NCBI GenBank assembly: GCA_965248835.1
Contig: CBDFLJ010000002.1
Location: 192,001 to 256,000 of the forward strand
From: Alphaproteobacteria bacterium
Lineage (GTDB): Bacteria; Pseudomonadota; Alphaproteobacteria; MPNO01
DNA: 64,000 nucleotides
Direction of reading: 5' to 3'
Under the pieces are notes generated by a model that did no database searches, was not told where the DNA came from, and saw only the letters and a program-made list of their open reading frames with translations. The translations under genes were made by a program, and so were the position numbers. Positions 51,897 through 63,068 of this stretch are shown one piece after another (position 1 is the first letter of the stretch; each line of letters opens with the position of its first letter).

Positions 51897-52946
51897 TCAG
51901 GCCTCGAGCAGGATGCGCTCGGGGTCCTCGATACATTCCTTGACGCGAACCAGGAACGTCACCGCCTCGCGCCCGTCGATAATCCGATGGTCGTAGGACA
52001 GCGCCAGATACATCATCGGCCGGATCACCAGTTCGTCGCCGATCACGATGGGCCGCTTCTGGATCTTGTGCATCCCGAGGATGCCCGATTGCGGCGGATT
52101 GAGGATCGGGGTCGACTGGAGCGAGCCGTAGACCCCGCCGTTGGTGATGGTGAAGGTTCCGCCGGTCAGGTCCTCCATGGTGAGCTTGCCGTCGCGCGCG
52201 CGCTTGCCCAGCGCGGCAATCCCGGCTTCGATGTCGGCGAAGGACATCAGGTCGGCGTCGCGCAGCACCGGGACCACCAGCCCCTGGTTCGTGCCCACCG
52301 CGACCCCGATGTCGTAGTGGTTCTTGTAGACGATGTCGGTGCCGTCGATCTCGGCGTTGACCGGCGGGATCTCCTTGAGTGCCACGGTGACCGCCTTGAC
52401 GAAGAAGCTCATCAGGCCGAGCCGGGCGCCGTGCTTGTCCTGGAAGGCATCGCGCAGCCGGTCGCGGATCGCCGTGACGCCGGACATGTCGACCTCGTTG
52501 AAGGTCGTCAACATTGCCGCGGTGTTCTGCGCCTGCTTCAGCCGCTCGGCGATCCGCTGGCGCAGCCGGGTCATCGGCACCCGTTCCTCGCGCGGGGCGG
52601 CGGCGGGCAGCGGCCGGGCTTCAGGGCTGGGCGGCGGCGTTGGCACCGGCGCTGGGGCGGGCGCGGTCGGCGCGATCGGCGGGCAGGGCGGTGGTGCGTC
52701 CGCCGCGGCGGCCTCGTCGATGACGCCGAGGACCGCGCCGACTTCGACGCTGTTGCCGGTCGCCACCTCGATCGAGCTCAGCACGCCGCTCGCTGCCGCG
52801 GGCACCTCCAGCGTGATCTTATCGGTCTCCAGCTCGACCAGCGGCTCGTCCATCGCGACCGGCTGGCCGGCTTCCTTCAGCCATTTCGCGACCGTCGCCT
52901 CGCTCACCGATTCCCCGAGACTCGGCACGATGATCTGGACGGACAT
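51897..52946 (-). CDS. sucB: 2-oxoglutarate dehydrogenase E2 (dihydrolipoamide succinyltransferase), 349 aa, lacking the E3-binding domain
   Basis: Lipoyl ETDK motif, [32 protein letters not shown]. Confidence 0.93.
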   Translation of the reverse strand: MSVQIIVPSLGESVSEATVAKWLKEAGQPVAMDEPLVELETDKITLEVPAAASGVLSSIEVATGNSVEVGAVLGVIDEAAAADAPPPCPPIAPTAPAPAPVPTPPPSPEARPLPAAAPREERVPMTRLRQRIAERLKQAQNTAAMLTTFNEVDMSGVTAIRDRLRDAFQDKHGARLGLMSFFVKAVTVALKEIPPVNAEIDGTDIVYKNHYDIGVAVGTNQGLVVPVLRDADLMSFADIEAGIAALGKRARDGKLTMEDLTGGTFTITNGGVYGSLQSTPILNPPQSGILGMHKIQKRPIVIGDELVIRPMMYLALSYDHRIIDGREAVTFLVRVKECIEDPERILLEA

Positions 52947-52972
52947 GGATCTTCCTTTCCGCGCCGGGCGGG

Positions 52973-55846
52973 CTATGCGATGCCCAGCGCCTCGTTGACC
53001 AGCGTTGTTTGTTCCCGCACGTGTTGGGCGTGGAGCCCGGTAGCGGTCGAGGCCGCCTCGGGCCGGCCGACGAAACGCGGCCGATCGGCGGCCGTCTCCT
53101 GCGTTGCCAGCAAGTCCTCGATCCGCCGGTCGATATAGGTCCAGGCGCCCATGTTGCGCGGCTCCTCCTGACACCAGACCACCTCGGCGTTGCGATAGCG
53201 TGCGAGCTCGGCGCCGAGCGAGATCTGCGGGAACGGATAGAGCTGCTCGATCCGGATCAGCGCGACGTCCCCGATGTCGTGCTGCTCGCGGGCGGCAAGC
53301 AGATCGTAGAAGACCTTGCCCGTACACAGCACCACGCGCCGGACATCAGCGTCTGCGACCGGCAGCCCGGGCTCGGGAAGGACCCGCCGGAACGACGTGC
53401 CCGGACCCATATCGTCCAGCCGCGAGACGCACCGGCGGTGCCGCAGCAGCGACTTCGGCGTCATGACGATCAGGGGCTTGCGGAAGCTGCGGTGGAGTTG
53501 GCGGCGCAGCACGTGGAAGTAGTTCGCAGGGCTGGTGATATTGCAGACCTGGATATTGTCCTCGCCGCAGAGCTGGAGATAGCGCTCCAGCCGGGCCGAG
53601 GAATGTTCCGGGCCCTGGCCCTCGTAGCCGTGCGGTAGCAGCATCACCAGGCCGGACATGCGCAGCCACTTGGTTTCACCCGAGGCGATGAACTGGTCGA
53701 TGATGAACTGCGCGCCGTTGGCGAAGTCGCCGAACTGGGCCTCCCACAGCACCAGCATGTTGGGATCGGCCAGCGTCATGCCGTATTCGAATCCCAGCAC
53801 CGAGGCTTCGGCGAGCGGGCTGTCGCGCGTCACGAACCGCCCCTGGTCCTCGCATATATGCGCCAGCGGGGTGTAGGTCGCCTCGGTCCGCTGGTCGATG
53901 AACACCGCGTGGCGCTGGGAGAACGTCCCGCGCCGGCAGTCCTGGCCGCTGAGCCGCACCATATGGCCCTCGATCAGGGCACTCCCGAAGGCCACCGCCT
54001 CGGCGGTCGCCCAGTCGACGCCCTCGCCGGTCTCGAAAATCGTCCGGCGGGCGTCGAGCAAGCGCTCGAGCTTGGGGTTGAGGTTGAAGTCCTGCGGCAC
54101 CGTGGTCAGGGCCCGGCCGATCTCCGCCAGGGTCTCCGGCGCCACGTCGGTCTTGCCGCGGCGCTCCTCGAGCGAGGGCGCGGTGGTGATCGACGCCCAT
54201 TCGCCTTCCAGCCAATCGGCCTTGTTGGGCTTGTAGGTCTTCGAGGCTTCGAAGGCGTCCTCCAGCTTCCGGCGGCATGACGCGGTCAGCGCATCGATCT
54301 GGTCGCGGGTCAGCGTGCCTTCCGCGACCAGGCGGTCGCCGTAGATCGCTGCGACGGTGGGGCGGGCGGCGATGGCCTCGTACATCAAAGGCTGGGTGAA
54401 GGCGGGATCGTCGGACTCGTTGTGGCCGAACCTGCGGTAGGTCCAGATGTCGAGGACGACGTCCTTGCGGAAAGTGTTGCGGAACTCGGTCGCGATGCGG
54501 GTGACGTGGATCACCGCTTCGACGTCGTCGCCGTTGACGTGGAAGATCGGCGCCTGGGCCGACTTGGCGATTTCCGTGGGATAGCGCGAGGCCCTGGTGG
54601 CGCTGGGCTTGGTGGTGAAGCCGATCTGGTTGTTGATCACGATATGGATGGTCCCGCCGGTCCGGTAGCCGGAGATGTCCGACAGGCCGAAGGTCTCCGC
54701 GACGATCCCCTGGCCGGCGAAGGCCGCATCACCGTGCATCAGGATACCGAGCACGCGCCGGCGTTCGCGGTCGCCGCGCTGGCGCTGCTTGGCGCGGACC
54801 TTGCCGACGACGACCGGGTCGACGGCCTCCAGATGGGACGGGTTGGCGGCGAGCGAGAGATGGACGTTGACGCCGTCGAAGTCGCGGTCGGCGGACGCGC
54901 CGAGGTGGTACTTCACGTCGCCCGAGCCGCCGACCTCCTCGGGCTTGTAGGACATGCCCTGGAACTCCGCGAAGATCGCCGCGTAGGGCTTGGACATCAC
55001 ATGGGCCAGCACGTTCAGACGGCCGCGGTGGGGCGTGCCGATAACCACCTCCTCGACGCCGAGCTGGCTGCCGCGCTTGAGGATTTGCTCGAGAGCCGGG
55101 ATCAGCGCCTCGCTGCCGTCGAGCCCGAAGCGCTTGGTGCCGGGATAGCGCACGTGCAGGAACCTCTCGAAGGCCTCGGCCTCGCACAGCCGCTCGAGGA
55201 TGGTCTGCTTGCCGCGCTGGGTGAAGTCGGTCTGGTTGCGGTCGCCTTCGATCCGGTCCTGGATCCAGATCTTCTCCTCCGCCGAGGTGATGTGCATGTA
55301 CTCCACGCCGACCGTGCCGCAATAGGTCTTGCGCAGCGCATCGACGATCTGGCGCAGGTTGGCCTGCTCGTAGCCCAGATTGTGGATGTGGATCGGGTGG
55401 TCCTGGTCGGTTTCGGTGAAGCCGTAGCTGGCCGGGTCGAGCTCGGTATGCGGCGCCGGCCGTTCGAGCCCGAGAGGGTCGAGATCGCAATGCAGATGCC
55501 CGCGCAACCGATGCGAGCGGATCAGCATCAGCGCCCGGATCGAATCGCGCGTTGCCCGGCGAATGTCCTCGGCACCGGCGGTGCCGTCGACCTGCGGTGC
55601 CGGCTCTTCCCGTTCTGCGGCCTCGTCTGCCTCGCCGTTGGCAATGACCCGGGCTGCGCGCGGCGACCAGCTCGCCCCTTCGAGCGCCTTCAGGACGCCC
55701 GGCGCCTCTTCGCGCAAATCCCGGAAGAACGCAGCCCAGTCGGCATCGACCGCGGACGGGTCGGCAACAAACCGGCCGTAGAGCTCCTCGATGAACGGTC
55801 CGTTCGCGCTTCCCAGAAAGGTCGCCGCGTCCTGCGCTGTCGTCAT
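52973..55846 (-). CDS. sucA: 2-oxoglutarate dehydrogenase E1
   Basis: [53 protein letters not shown]. Confidence 0.96.
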   Translation of the reverse strand: MTTAQDAATFLGSANGPFIEELYGRFVADPSAVDADWAAFFRDLREEAPGVLKALEGASWSPRAARVIANGEADEAAEREEPAPQVDGTAGAEDIRRATRDSIRALMLIRSHRLRGHLHCDLDPLGLERPAPHTELDPASYGFTETDQDHPIHIHNLGYEQANLRQIVDALRKTYCGTVGVEYMHITSAEEKIWIQDRIEGDRNQTDFTQRGKQTILERLCEAEAFERFLHVRYPGTKRFGLDGSEALIPALEQILKRGSQLGVEEVVIGTPHRGRLNVLAHVMSKPYAAIFAEFQGMSYKPEEVGGSGDVKYHLGASADRDFDGVNVHLSLAANPSHLEAVDPVVVGKVRAKQRQRGDRERRRVLGILMHGDAAFAGQGIVAETFGLSDISGYRTGGTIHIVINNQIGFTTKPSATRASRYPTEIAKSAQAPIFHVNGDDVEAVIHVTRIATEFRNTFRKDVVLDIWTYRRFGHNESDDPAFTQPLMYEAIAARPTVAAIYGDRLVAEGTLTRDQIDALTASCRRKLEDAFEASKTYKPNKADWLEGEWASITTAPSLEERRGKTDVAPETLAEIGRALTTVPQDFNLNPKLERLLDARRTIFETGEGVDWATAEAVAFGSALIEGHMVRLSGQDCRRGTFSQRHAVFIDQRTEATYTPLAHICEDQGRFVTRDSPLAEASVLGFEYGMTLADPNMLVLWEAQFGDFANGAQFIIDQFIASGETKWLRMSGLVMLLPHGYEGQGPEHSSARLERYLQLCGEDNIQVCNITSPANYFHVLRRQLHRSFRKPLIVMTPKSLLRHRRCVSRLDDMGPGTSFRRVLPEPGLPVADADVRRVVLCTGKVFYDLLAAREQHDIGDVALIRIEQLYPFPQISLGAELARYRNAEVVWCQEEPRNMGAWTYIDRRIEDLLATQETAADRPRFVGRPEAASTATGLHAQHVREQTTLVNEALGIA

Positions 55847-55936
55847 GGCTCAACCCTCAACGTCATGCCGGCACCTGGTCCCGACCCCGTTATACCGCCC
55901 GCCGGTCGACCGGTCCGCGAGGCCGCCGGATCCGCG

Positions 55937-56812
55937 CTAGGCGCGCATGGCCTCGGCCATGGTCTCACCGATCGCGGCCGGGGACGTCGTCACCTTGATT
56001 CCGGCCGATTCCAGCGCCTCGATCTTGTCGCCCGCGCGCCCTTTGCCGCCGGAGATGATCGCCCCGGCGTGACCCATGCGCCGCCCGGGCGGGGCGGTGA
56101 GGCCGGCGATGAACCCCACCACCGGCTTGCTGGTCTTGGATTGCTTGACGAAATCGGCGGCATCCTCTTCCGCGCCGCCGCCGATCTCGCCGATCATGAT
56201 GATGCCTTCGGTCCGGGGATCGGCGTGGAATTCTTCCAGACAATCGACGAAGCTTGTTCCGTTGACCGGATCGCCGCCGATGCCCACGCAGGTCGATTGG
56301 CCGAGTCCGGCCGCGGTGGTCTGGGCAACGGCCTCATAGGTCAACGTGCCCGACCGCGAGATGATCCCGATTCGGCCGCGGCTGTGGATATGGCCCGGCA
56401 TGATGCCGATCTTGCACTCATCGGGCGTGATTACGCCGGGGCAGTTGGGCCCGATGAGCCGCGAGCCGGAGTTCTCCAACGCGCGCTTGACGACCACCAT
56501 GTCGATCACCGGAATGCCCTCGGTGATGCAGACGATCAGGGGCACTTCGGCGCCGATTGCCTCCAGGATCGCATCGGCGGCGAACGGCGGCGGCACGTAG
56601 ATGACCGAGGCGTTCGCGCCGGTCGCCTCCACCGCCGCGGCGACCGTGTCGAAGACCGGCAGGTCGAGATGCCTGGTCCCGCCCTTGCCCGGGGTGACGC
56701 CGCCCACCATCGCGGTGCCGTAGGCGATCGCCTGCTCGGAATGGAACGTGCCCTGGGCGCCGGTGAAACCCTGGCAGATGACCTTCGTATCGGAGTCGAC
56801 GAAGATCGCCAT
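55937..56812 (-). CDS. sucD: Succinyl-CoA synthetase alpha subunit
   Basis: [36 protein letters not shown]. Confidence 0.96.
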   Translation of the reverse strand: MAIFVDSDTKVICQGFTGAQGTFHSEQAIAYGTAMVGGVTPGKGGTRHLDLPVFDTVAAAVEATGANASVIYVPPPFAADAILEAIGAEVPLIVCITEGIPVIDMVVVKRALENSGSRLIGPNCPGVITPDECKIGIMPGHIHSRGRIGIISRSGTLTYEAVAQTTAAGLGQSTCVGIGGDPVNGTSFVDCLEEFHADPRTEGIIMIGEIGGGAEEDAADFVKQSKTSKPVVGFIAGLTAPPGRRMGHAGAIISGGKGRAGDKIEALESAGIKVTTSPAAIGETMAEAMRA

Positions 56813-57981
56813 CACGCCACCTCCTCGACGGCGTGGACCACACGCTCCGCAGCCTGGGCCAACGTATCGGCGGAGACGATCGGAAGGCCGGAGTCGGCCA
56901 GCAGCTTCTTGCCCAGCTCGACATTGGTGCCCGCCAGCCTGACCACCAGCGGCACGTTGAGGCTCACCTCGCGCGCGGCAACGACGACGCCCTCGGCGAT
57001 CACATCACAGCGCACGATCCCGCCGAAGATGTTGACCAGGATGCCCTCGACATTGGGATCGGACAGGATCAGCTTGAATGCGGCGATGATCCTGTCGCGC
57101 GAGGCGCCGCCGCCGACATCAAGGAAGTTGGCCGGTTCGCCGCCATAGAGCTTGATGATGTCCATCGTCGCCATCGCAAGCCCGGCGCCGTTGACCATGC
57201 AGCCGATATTGCCGTCGAGCTTGACGTAGTTGAGATCGTGCTGGAGCGCTTCGCGCTCCATCGGGTCCTCTTCGTCCTCGTCGCGCAGCTCAACAATGTC
57301 GGCGTGGCGGAACAGCCCGTTGTCGTCGAAGGACATCTTCGCATCCAGGGCCATCACTTCGCCGGCTCCGGTCACGATCAGAGGGTTGACCTCCACGACC
57401 GAGGCGTCGAGTTCGACAAAGGCGGTGTACATGCCGGTGATGAACTTCACCGCTGCGGCGACCTGCTTGCCCTCCATTGCCAGCCCGTAGGCGAGCTGAC
57501 GGGCGTGGAAGGGCTGGATCCCGGTGGCCGGATCGATCCGCACGGTGAGGATCTTCTCGGGCGCGGCGGCGGCGACCTGCTCGATCTCCATGCCGCCTTC
57601 GGTCGAGCCTATCAGGGTCACGCGGCCGCTGTCGCGGTCGACCAGCAGGCCGAGATAGAGCTCGCGCGCGATGTCGCAGCCCTCCTCGACATAGACCCGT
57701 TTGACTTGGCGCCCGGCCGGCCCGGTCTGGTGGGTGACGAGCGTCGCGCCGATCAGCGCGTCCGCGGCCGCGCGGACCTCGTCGATGGAGCGGGCGAGCC
57801 GCACGCCGCCGGCTTTGCCGCGGCCGCCGGCATGGATCTGGGCCTTGACCACCCAGAGGCCGCCGCCCAGCGCGTCCGCCGCCTTGGCCGCCTCCTCGGG
57901 CGTATAGGCGATGCCGCCGCGCGGCACTGCCACGCCGTAGCGCGCCAGGAGTTGCTTGGCCTGATATTCGTGGATGTTCAT
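56812..57981 (-). CDS. sucC: Succinyl-CoA synthetase beta subunit
   Basis: [49 protein letters not shown]. Confidence 0.96.
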   Translation of the reverse strand: MNIHEYQAKQLLARYGVAVPRGGIAYTPEEAAKAADALGGGLWVVKAQIHAGGRGKAGGVRLARSIDEVRAAADALIGATLVTHQTGPAGRQVKRVYVEEGCDIARELYLGLLVDRDSGRVTLIGSTEGGMEIEQVAAAAPEKILTVRIDPATGIQPFHARQLAYGLAMEGKQVAAAVKFITGMYTAFVELDASVVEVNPLIVTGAGEVMALDAKMSFDDNGLFRHADIVELRDEDEEDPMEREALQHDLNYVKLDGNIGCMVNGAGLAMATMDIIKLYGGEPANFLDVGGGASRDRIIAAFKLILSDPNVEGILVNIFGGIVRCDVIAEGVVVAAREVSLNVPLVVRLAGTNVELGKKLLADSGLPIVSADTLAQAAERVVHAVEEVA

Positions 57982-58008
57982 GGAGATGCCGTCCGGATGC
58001 TGCCGAGC

Positions 58009-59064
<1,056 letters not shown>

Positions 59065-59285
59065 TCAGCACAAGCCCGTGTCCTGGTTCAAGAGATATGA
59101 GACGGCGGTATGAAGGCGGCGGTTACATCGGAACACGAATTCGTCGAGATAGCGGCGCAGGCCGTGGAAGGTGCCGAGCGCCCAGCGTTCGAGGTTGGAG
59201 AACACGCGGTGGACCCACCTCAGCACCATGTGGGCGGCCTTGGCGCCGATGACCTTCGGATCGTGGTCGTGGTCGGGCAGCCGCT
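59065..59285 (-). pseudogene. IS1595-family transposase C-terminal fragment
   Basis: AAHMVLRWVHRVFSNLERWALGTFHGLRRYLDEFVFRCNRR matches the IS1595 C-terminal consensus. Confidence 0.7.
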
Positions 59286-59289
59286 CGTG

Positions 59290-59463
59290 CAAGCCATCGC
59301 CGATCTCGAAACCACCGGCGTGTTCAGCGCCCGCGGCGGGTCGGCGTGCTTGCTCCGCCGCGATGAACTGCCGACGGATTGGGACCCTGCGGCCGACAAG
59401 CGGCTGACGGTCTGGGAATGCGCGCAACACTTAGCGCGAGTCCTAGAGTCGGCGACCGGCAGC
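59290..59463 (+). pseudogene. Fragment of a DUF1156-type DNA methyltransferase C-terminal region
   Basis: GVFSARGG-A-LLRRDELPTDWDPAADKRLTVWECAQHLARVLES resembles the C-terminus of DUF1156 methylases (recognised from memory). Confidence 0.5.
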
Positions 59464-59768
59464 ATCGTGGAGCGCTTCCACAAGACGGTGCTCAACGAGT
59501 TCTACCGGGTGGCGTTCCGAAAGAAGATCTACGGCTCAATCGACGAACTGCAGCGGGACCTGGATGCCTGGATGCAGGAATACAACCAAGTCCGATCGCA
59601 TCAGGGCCGGTGGTGCTACGGCAAAACGCCGATGACCACCTTCCTTGACACCGGCCATGTGGCGCGGGAAAAACTCCTGCCCGCGGCGTGACGATCCACA
59701 GCTGCCACTTGTCTCCCACCCGCCATGCCGATATGGCAGCGCTGATAGATAGAGTCTTGGTTTTTACA
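59464..59768 (+). pseudogene. IS481-family transposase C-terminal fragment plus probable right end
   Basis: IVERFHKTVLNEFYRVAFRKKIY-SIDELQRDLDAW-EYN-R-HQGRWCYGKTPM-TF, stop at 59691; ...TTTTTACA end at 59768. Confidence 0.75.
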
Positions 59769-59836
59769 ATTTAGCTGATGTTTCATCGCGGCAATCGGCA
59801 GGCCGGATTGGCCGTCGAGTTAGGGAGGAACGGATC

Positions 59837-60868
59837 ATGGATACGCTAAAAGTGTTTGGCTTTGTTGCCGCCACGACGGTTGTCGGTGCCAGCGCTCTGT
59901 TCACCGCGCCCCGGGCTAGCGCCCAGGAGGTGACGATGCGCCTGCACACGTTCGTGCCGCCGGTATCGCGTTCTTTCAAGAACCTCACCTGGTGGGCCGA
60001 GCAGGTGGAAAAGAAATCGGGGAACCGGATCAAGATAAAGCTGTTTCCGTCCCGCCAGCTGGGTGGCAAGCCGTCCGAACTCTACGACCAGGCGCGCCGG
60101 GGCTTCGTTGACATCATCTATTCGCTGCCGGGCTACTCACCGGGCCGCTTCCCACGTTCCGAGGTGATCGAGTTGCCCTTCATGGGCGGCAAGTCGCCCA
60201 GGATCATGTCGCCAGCGATTGCTTCGATGTACAATCCCTGGCTGAAGGACGACTACAAGGACACCCACCCCATCCTCATCTTCTCCGCAGGCTCCATGGC
60301 GCTGTTTTCCCATAAACCCCTGAAAAAACTCGACGATTTGAAGGGGCTCAAGGTTCGGGTTTCCGGGCGGCTCCTCGGCGGGGCCTTCAGTGCCATCGGC
60401 GCGACGCCCGTCGGCATCCCCGGCATCAAGATGGCGGAAGCCTTCCAGCGCAACGTGATCGACGCGGTGCTTACCGCCTGGACCATCTCCCTGCCCACCA
60501 AGATCGTCCGTATGGCCGAGCATTTCGCCTTACCGGGATTGAGCAATCCCGTCCTGATGTTGGTCATGAACGAGAAAAGCTACGCCCGTCTGCCCAGTGA
60601 TCTGAAAGAGGTCGTCGATTCGACCAGTGGCATGCCGCTGGCCAAGGAGTTCGGAGTGCGCTGGGAGAAGGACGACCTGCCGGGACTGGGCGTCGCCAAG
60701 AAGTCGGGCAAGCCTTTTCGCGCGTTCACCGCCGACGAGCAGCAGCGCTGGGCGACGGCCGCCCGCTCGGTGACCACGGGCTGGATCGCTGACATGAAGA
60801 AAAAGGACATCGATGGAGAAGGGCTAATCAAGGCCGCCCGCGCGGCGATCGCCAAGTACGACAATTAG
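59837..60868 (+). CDS. TRAP transporter substrate-binding protein (DctP family)
   Basis: Signal peptide; FPSRQLGG, PGYSPGRFP, ELPF, DLKGLKVRV, LVMN; GGAGG RBS. Confidence 0.9.
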   Translation: MDTLKVFGFVAATTVVGASALFTAPRASAQEVTMRLHTFVPPVSRSFKNLTWWAEQVEKKSGNRIKIKLFPSRQLGGKPSELYDQARRGFVDIIYSLPGYSPGRFPRSEVIELPFMGGKSPRIMSPAIASMYNPWLKDDYKDTHPILIFSAGSMALFSHKPLKKLDDLKGLKVRVSGRLLGGAFSAIGATPVGIPGIKMAEAFQRNVIDAVLTAWTISLPTKIVRMAEHFALPGLSNPVLMLVMNEKSYARLPSDLKEVVDSTSGMPLAKEFGVRWEKDDLPGLGVAKKSGKPFRAFTADEQQRWATAARSVTTGWIADMKKKDIDGEGLIKAARAAIAKYDN

Positions 60869-60879
60869 ACTCCGGGAAT

Positions 60880-60918
60880 GGTGGCGGCGGGGCCTGGAAG
60901 GCCTCGCCGCCACCTTTT
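60880..60918 (+). terminator. Intrinsic terminator-like hairpin between dctP and dctQ
   Basis: GGTGGCGGCGGGGCC-TGGAA-GGCCTCGCCGCCACC followed by TTTT. Confidence 0.65.
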
Positions 60919-60935
60919 CAATCCCCCATACCGCA

Positions 60936-61439
60936 ATGACCGAGCGTACGCCTCCTAAAAAGTCCGCCGGGCGCCGTTTCAACGTGGATTGGCTGCTCCG
61001 CAACGTGGCGCTCGCGGGCGGGTTCGCCGTGGCCGCCGTCTCCGGCATCACCGTAATCAGCGTCATCGGCCGCTACGCCTTCTCCATGCCGATCTTGGGC
61101 GATTACGAGATCGTCGAATATGGGATGTCCTTCGCCGCGTTTGCCTTCCTCGCCTTCACCCACAACACCGACGGCCACCTGGTCGCCGAATTCTTCTCGT
61201 CCCGTATGTCGAAGCGGACCACGCACGTCATCGATTCGATCCAGAACCTGATTCTCTTCACCATATTGGCAGTGCTCATCTGGCGGGTGGTCGTCGGCGG
61301 CTTCGACAAGTTCGAGACCAGCGACGAATCCATGTTCCTCGAGATGAAGGTATGGTGGCTGCATGTCGTGGGCACGTTGGGACTCGTGATGTTCGCCTGG
61401 GTCGCCTTTCGCAAAATCTTCCGGGGGTTGGAAGATTGA
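60936..61439 (+). CDS. TRAP transporter small permease (DctQ)
   Basis: Four TM segments; VIGRY, PILGDYEIVE, GHL. Confidence 0.88.
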   Translation: MTERTPPKKSAGRRFNVDWLLRNVALAGGFAVAAVSGITVISVIGRYAFSMPILGDYEIVEYGMSFAAFAFLAFTHNTDGHLVAEFFSSRMSKRTTHVIDSIQNLILFTILAVLIWRVVVGGFDKFETSDESMFLEMKVWWLHVVGTLGLVMFAWVAFRKIFRGLED

Positions 61440-62749
61440 CCGGACCGGCGCTCGCCGGCGTGATGTTCGCCGTGCTCCTGGTGTTCATCGGGCTCAGGAT
61501 GCCCATTGCCATCGCGCTGTTCACGGTGGGCGCCATCGGCATGTCCTACCTGACCAGCTTCGAGCAGCTCTTGATATGGCTGGAGGCTGCGCCGGTGGGG
61601 CGCACGGCGAGTTATTCCCTTTCCGTGATCCCAATCTTTCTCCTGATGGGGCATCTCGCGGTGCATTGCGGGTTGAGCTCGGTGCTCTACAAATCGGCCC
61701 GCGCCTGGTTCGGCCACCGGCCCGGAGGCATCGCGGTTGCGACCATCGGCGGCTGCGCCGTCTTCGGGGCGATCTGCGGCTCGTCCATCGCCACTGGCGC
61801 CACCATGGCGACCGTGTCCCTGCCCGAAATGCGCAAACTGGGCTATTCGGGGGCTTTGAGTACGGGTTGTCTGGCGGCCGGCGGCACGCTGGGGATCCTT
61901 ATTCCCCCCTCCATCATCCTGGTCATCTACGCCATCATCGCCGAGCAGTCCATCGGCGACCTGTTCCTGGCCGCCGTTATTCCCGGCATCATCGCCACCA
62001 TCTATTACGTCATCGCCGTCATGATCTATGTCCGCGTCAAGCCCGGCGCGGGGCCGGCGGCGGAGCGCGTCGGCTGGCGGGACCGCTTCGAAAGCCTCAA
62101 ATTTGTTTGGCCCGTCCTGTTTATCTTGTTCATCGTCATCGGCGGCATTTACAAGGGCGTCTTCACGCCCACGGAGGGGGCGGCGGCGGGCGCCGCCTGC
62201 ACCGGAATCATTGCCTTGTTCCGACGCATGACCTGGGCCGCCTTCAAGGAAGCGCTGATCGATACCGCCAAGATTACGGGCATGATCTATCTGATCCTCA
62301 TCGGTGCCGAGATCTACGGCTCATTCATGGCCTTGTCCGAACTGCCGCTCACCATCGCCGGCATGATCACCAGCGCGGACCTTTCGCCCTTCGCCATCAT
62401 CACCGTCATATTGATCATCTATATCTTCCTCGGCGCGCTTATGGACGGCCTCGCGATGATCCTGATCACGGTGCCGGTCTTCCTGCCCATCTTCCTCGGC
62501 CTCGACATCCCTATGTCCGAGGAGGCCAAGGCCATCTGGTTCGGCATCATGGTGCTTTCCGTGGTGGAGACCGGGCTGATCACGCCGCCCGTGGGGCTCA
62601 ACGTCTATGTGATCAACTCCATGGCTCCCGGCGTGCCCTTGTCCCAGACATTCGCCGGCGTCATGCCCTTCGTTATCAGCGATTTCTTCCGCTTGGCGAC
62701 CATCGTCGGTTTTCCGGCGGTGGTGCTGTGGGCGCCGGGCCTTCTGTAA
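61436..62749 (+). CDS. TRAP transporter large permease (DctM)
   Basis: IPIFLLMG, FGAICGSS-AT, GGTLGILIPPS, FTPTE, GLITPPVGLN; TTG overlaps the dctQ stop. Confidence 0.92.
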   Translation: MTGPALAGVMFAVLLVFIGLRMPIAIALFTVGAIGMSYLTSFEQLLIWLEAAPVGRTASYSLSVIPIFLLMGHLAVHCGLSSVLYKSARAWFGHRPGGIAVATIGGCAVFGAICGSSIATGATMATVSLPEMRKLGYSGALSTGCLAAGGTLGILIPPSIILVIYAIIAEQSIGDLFLAAVIPGIIATIYYVIAVMIYVRVKPGAGPAAERVGWRDRFESLKFVWPVLFILFIVIGGIYKGVFTPTEGAAAGAACTGIIALFRRMTWAAFKEALIDTAKITGMIYLILIGAEIYGSFMALSELPLTIAGMITSADLSPFAIITVILIIYIFLGALMDGLAMILITVPVFLPIFLGLDIPMSEEAKAIWFGIMVLSVVETGLITPPVGLNVYVINSMAPGVPLSQTFAGVMPFVISDFFRLATIVGFPAVVLWAPGLL

Positions 62750-62764
62750 CGCGGGCTCACCGCC

Positions 62765-63016
62765 TCATAGGTGCTGACGGGGAACATGCTCCTTGATCAT
62801 GTTCTCCATCCGACCGCGGGCGCACAGTTCCTTGTTCTCGACGGGTGACAGTCCGGGGAGATAGGCGATAGTCTCGTCCATGGTGAGCCGGATTTTCCTG
62901 TTGCCGAATGATCGTGGCCAGACACCAAAATCATGCGGAATCACAACAGCTTAATCCACGCTCACCACCTCTTTCACGCCGAGCGGTGAATTCACGCCGA
63001 GCGGTGAATAATTCGG
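62765..63016 (-). mobile_element. Collapsed IS1380-family remnant (left end plus 38-codon chimeric ORF 62881-62765)
   Basis: MDETIAYLPGLSPVENKELCAR (IS1380 N-terminus) fused to CARGRMENMIKEH (IS1380 catalytic-Glu region); CCGAATTATTCAC terminus at 63016. Confidence 0.6.
62973..63008. repeat. Perfect 18-bp tandem duplication (TTCACGCCGAGCGGTGAA x2)
   Basis: Seen directly; each unit has TTCAC/GTGAA inverted ends. Confidence 0.9.
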
Positions 63017-63068
63017 TCTAACATGCTCTCGAAACGCCGATCAATCGGCAAAAACCGGAGGAAACCTC

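Noticed and set aside
59110-59691. 193-aa ORF as a novel protein
   Set aside because: Accidental in-frame join of antisense IS1595, methylase and IS481 fragments
62973-63008. Possible CRISPR repeat
   Set aside because: Only two adjacent 18-bp units with no spacer and no cas genes
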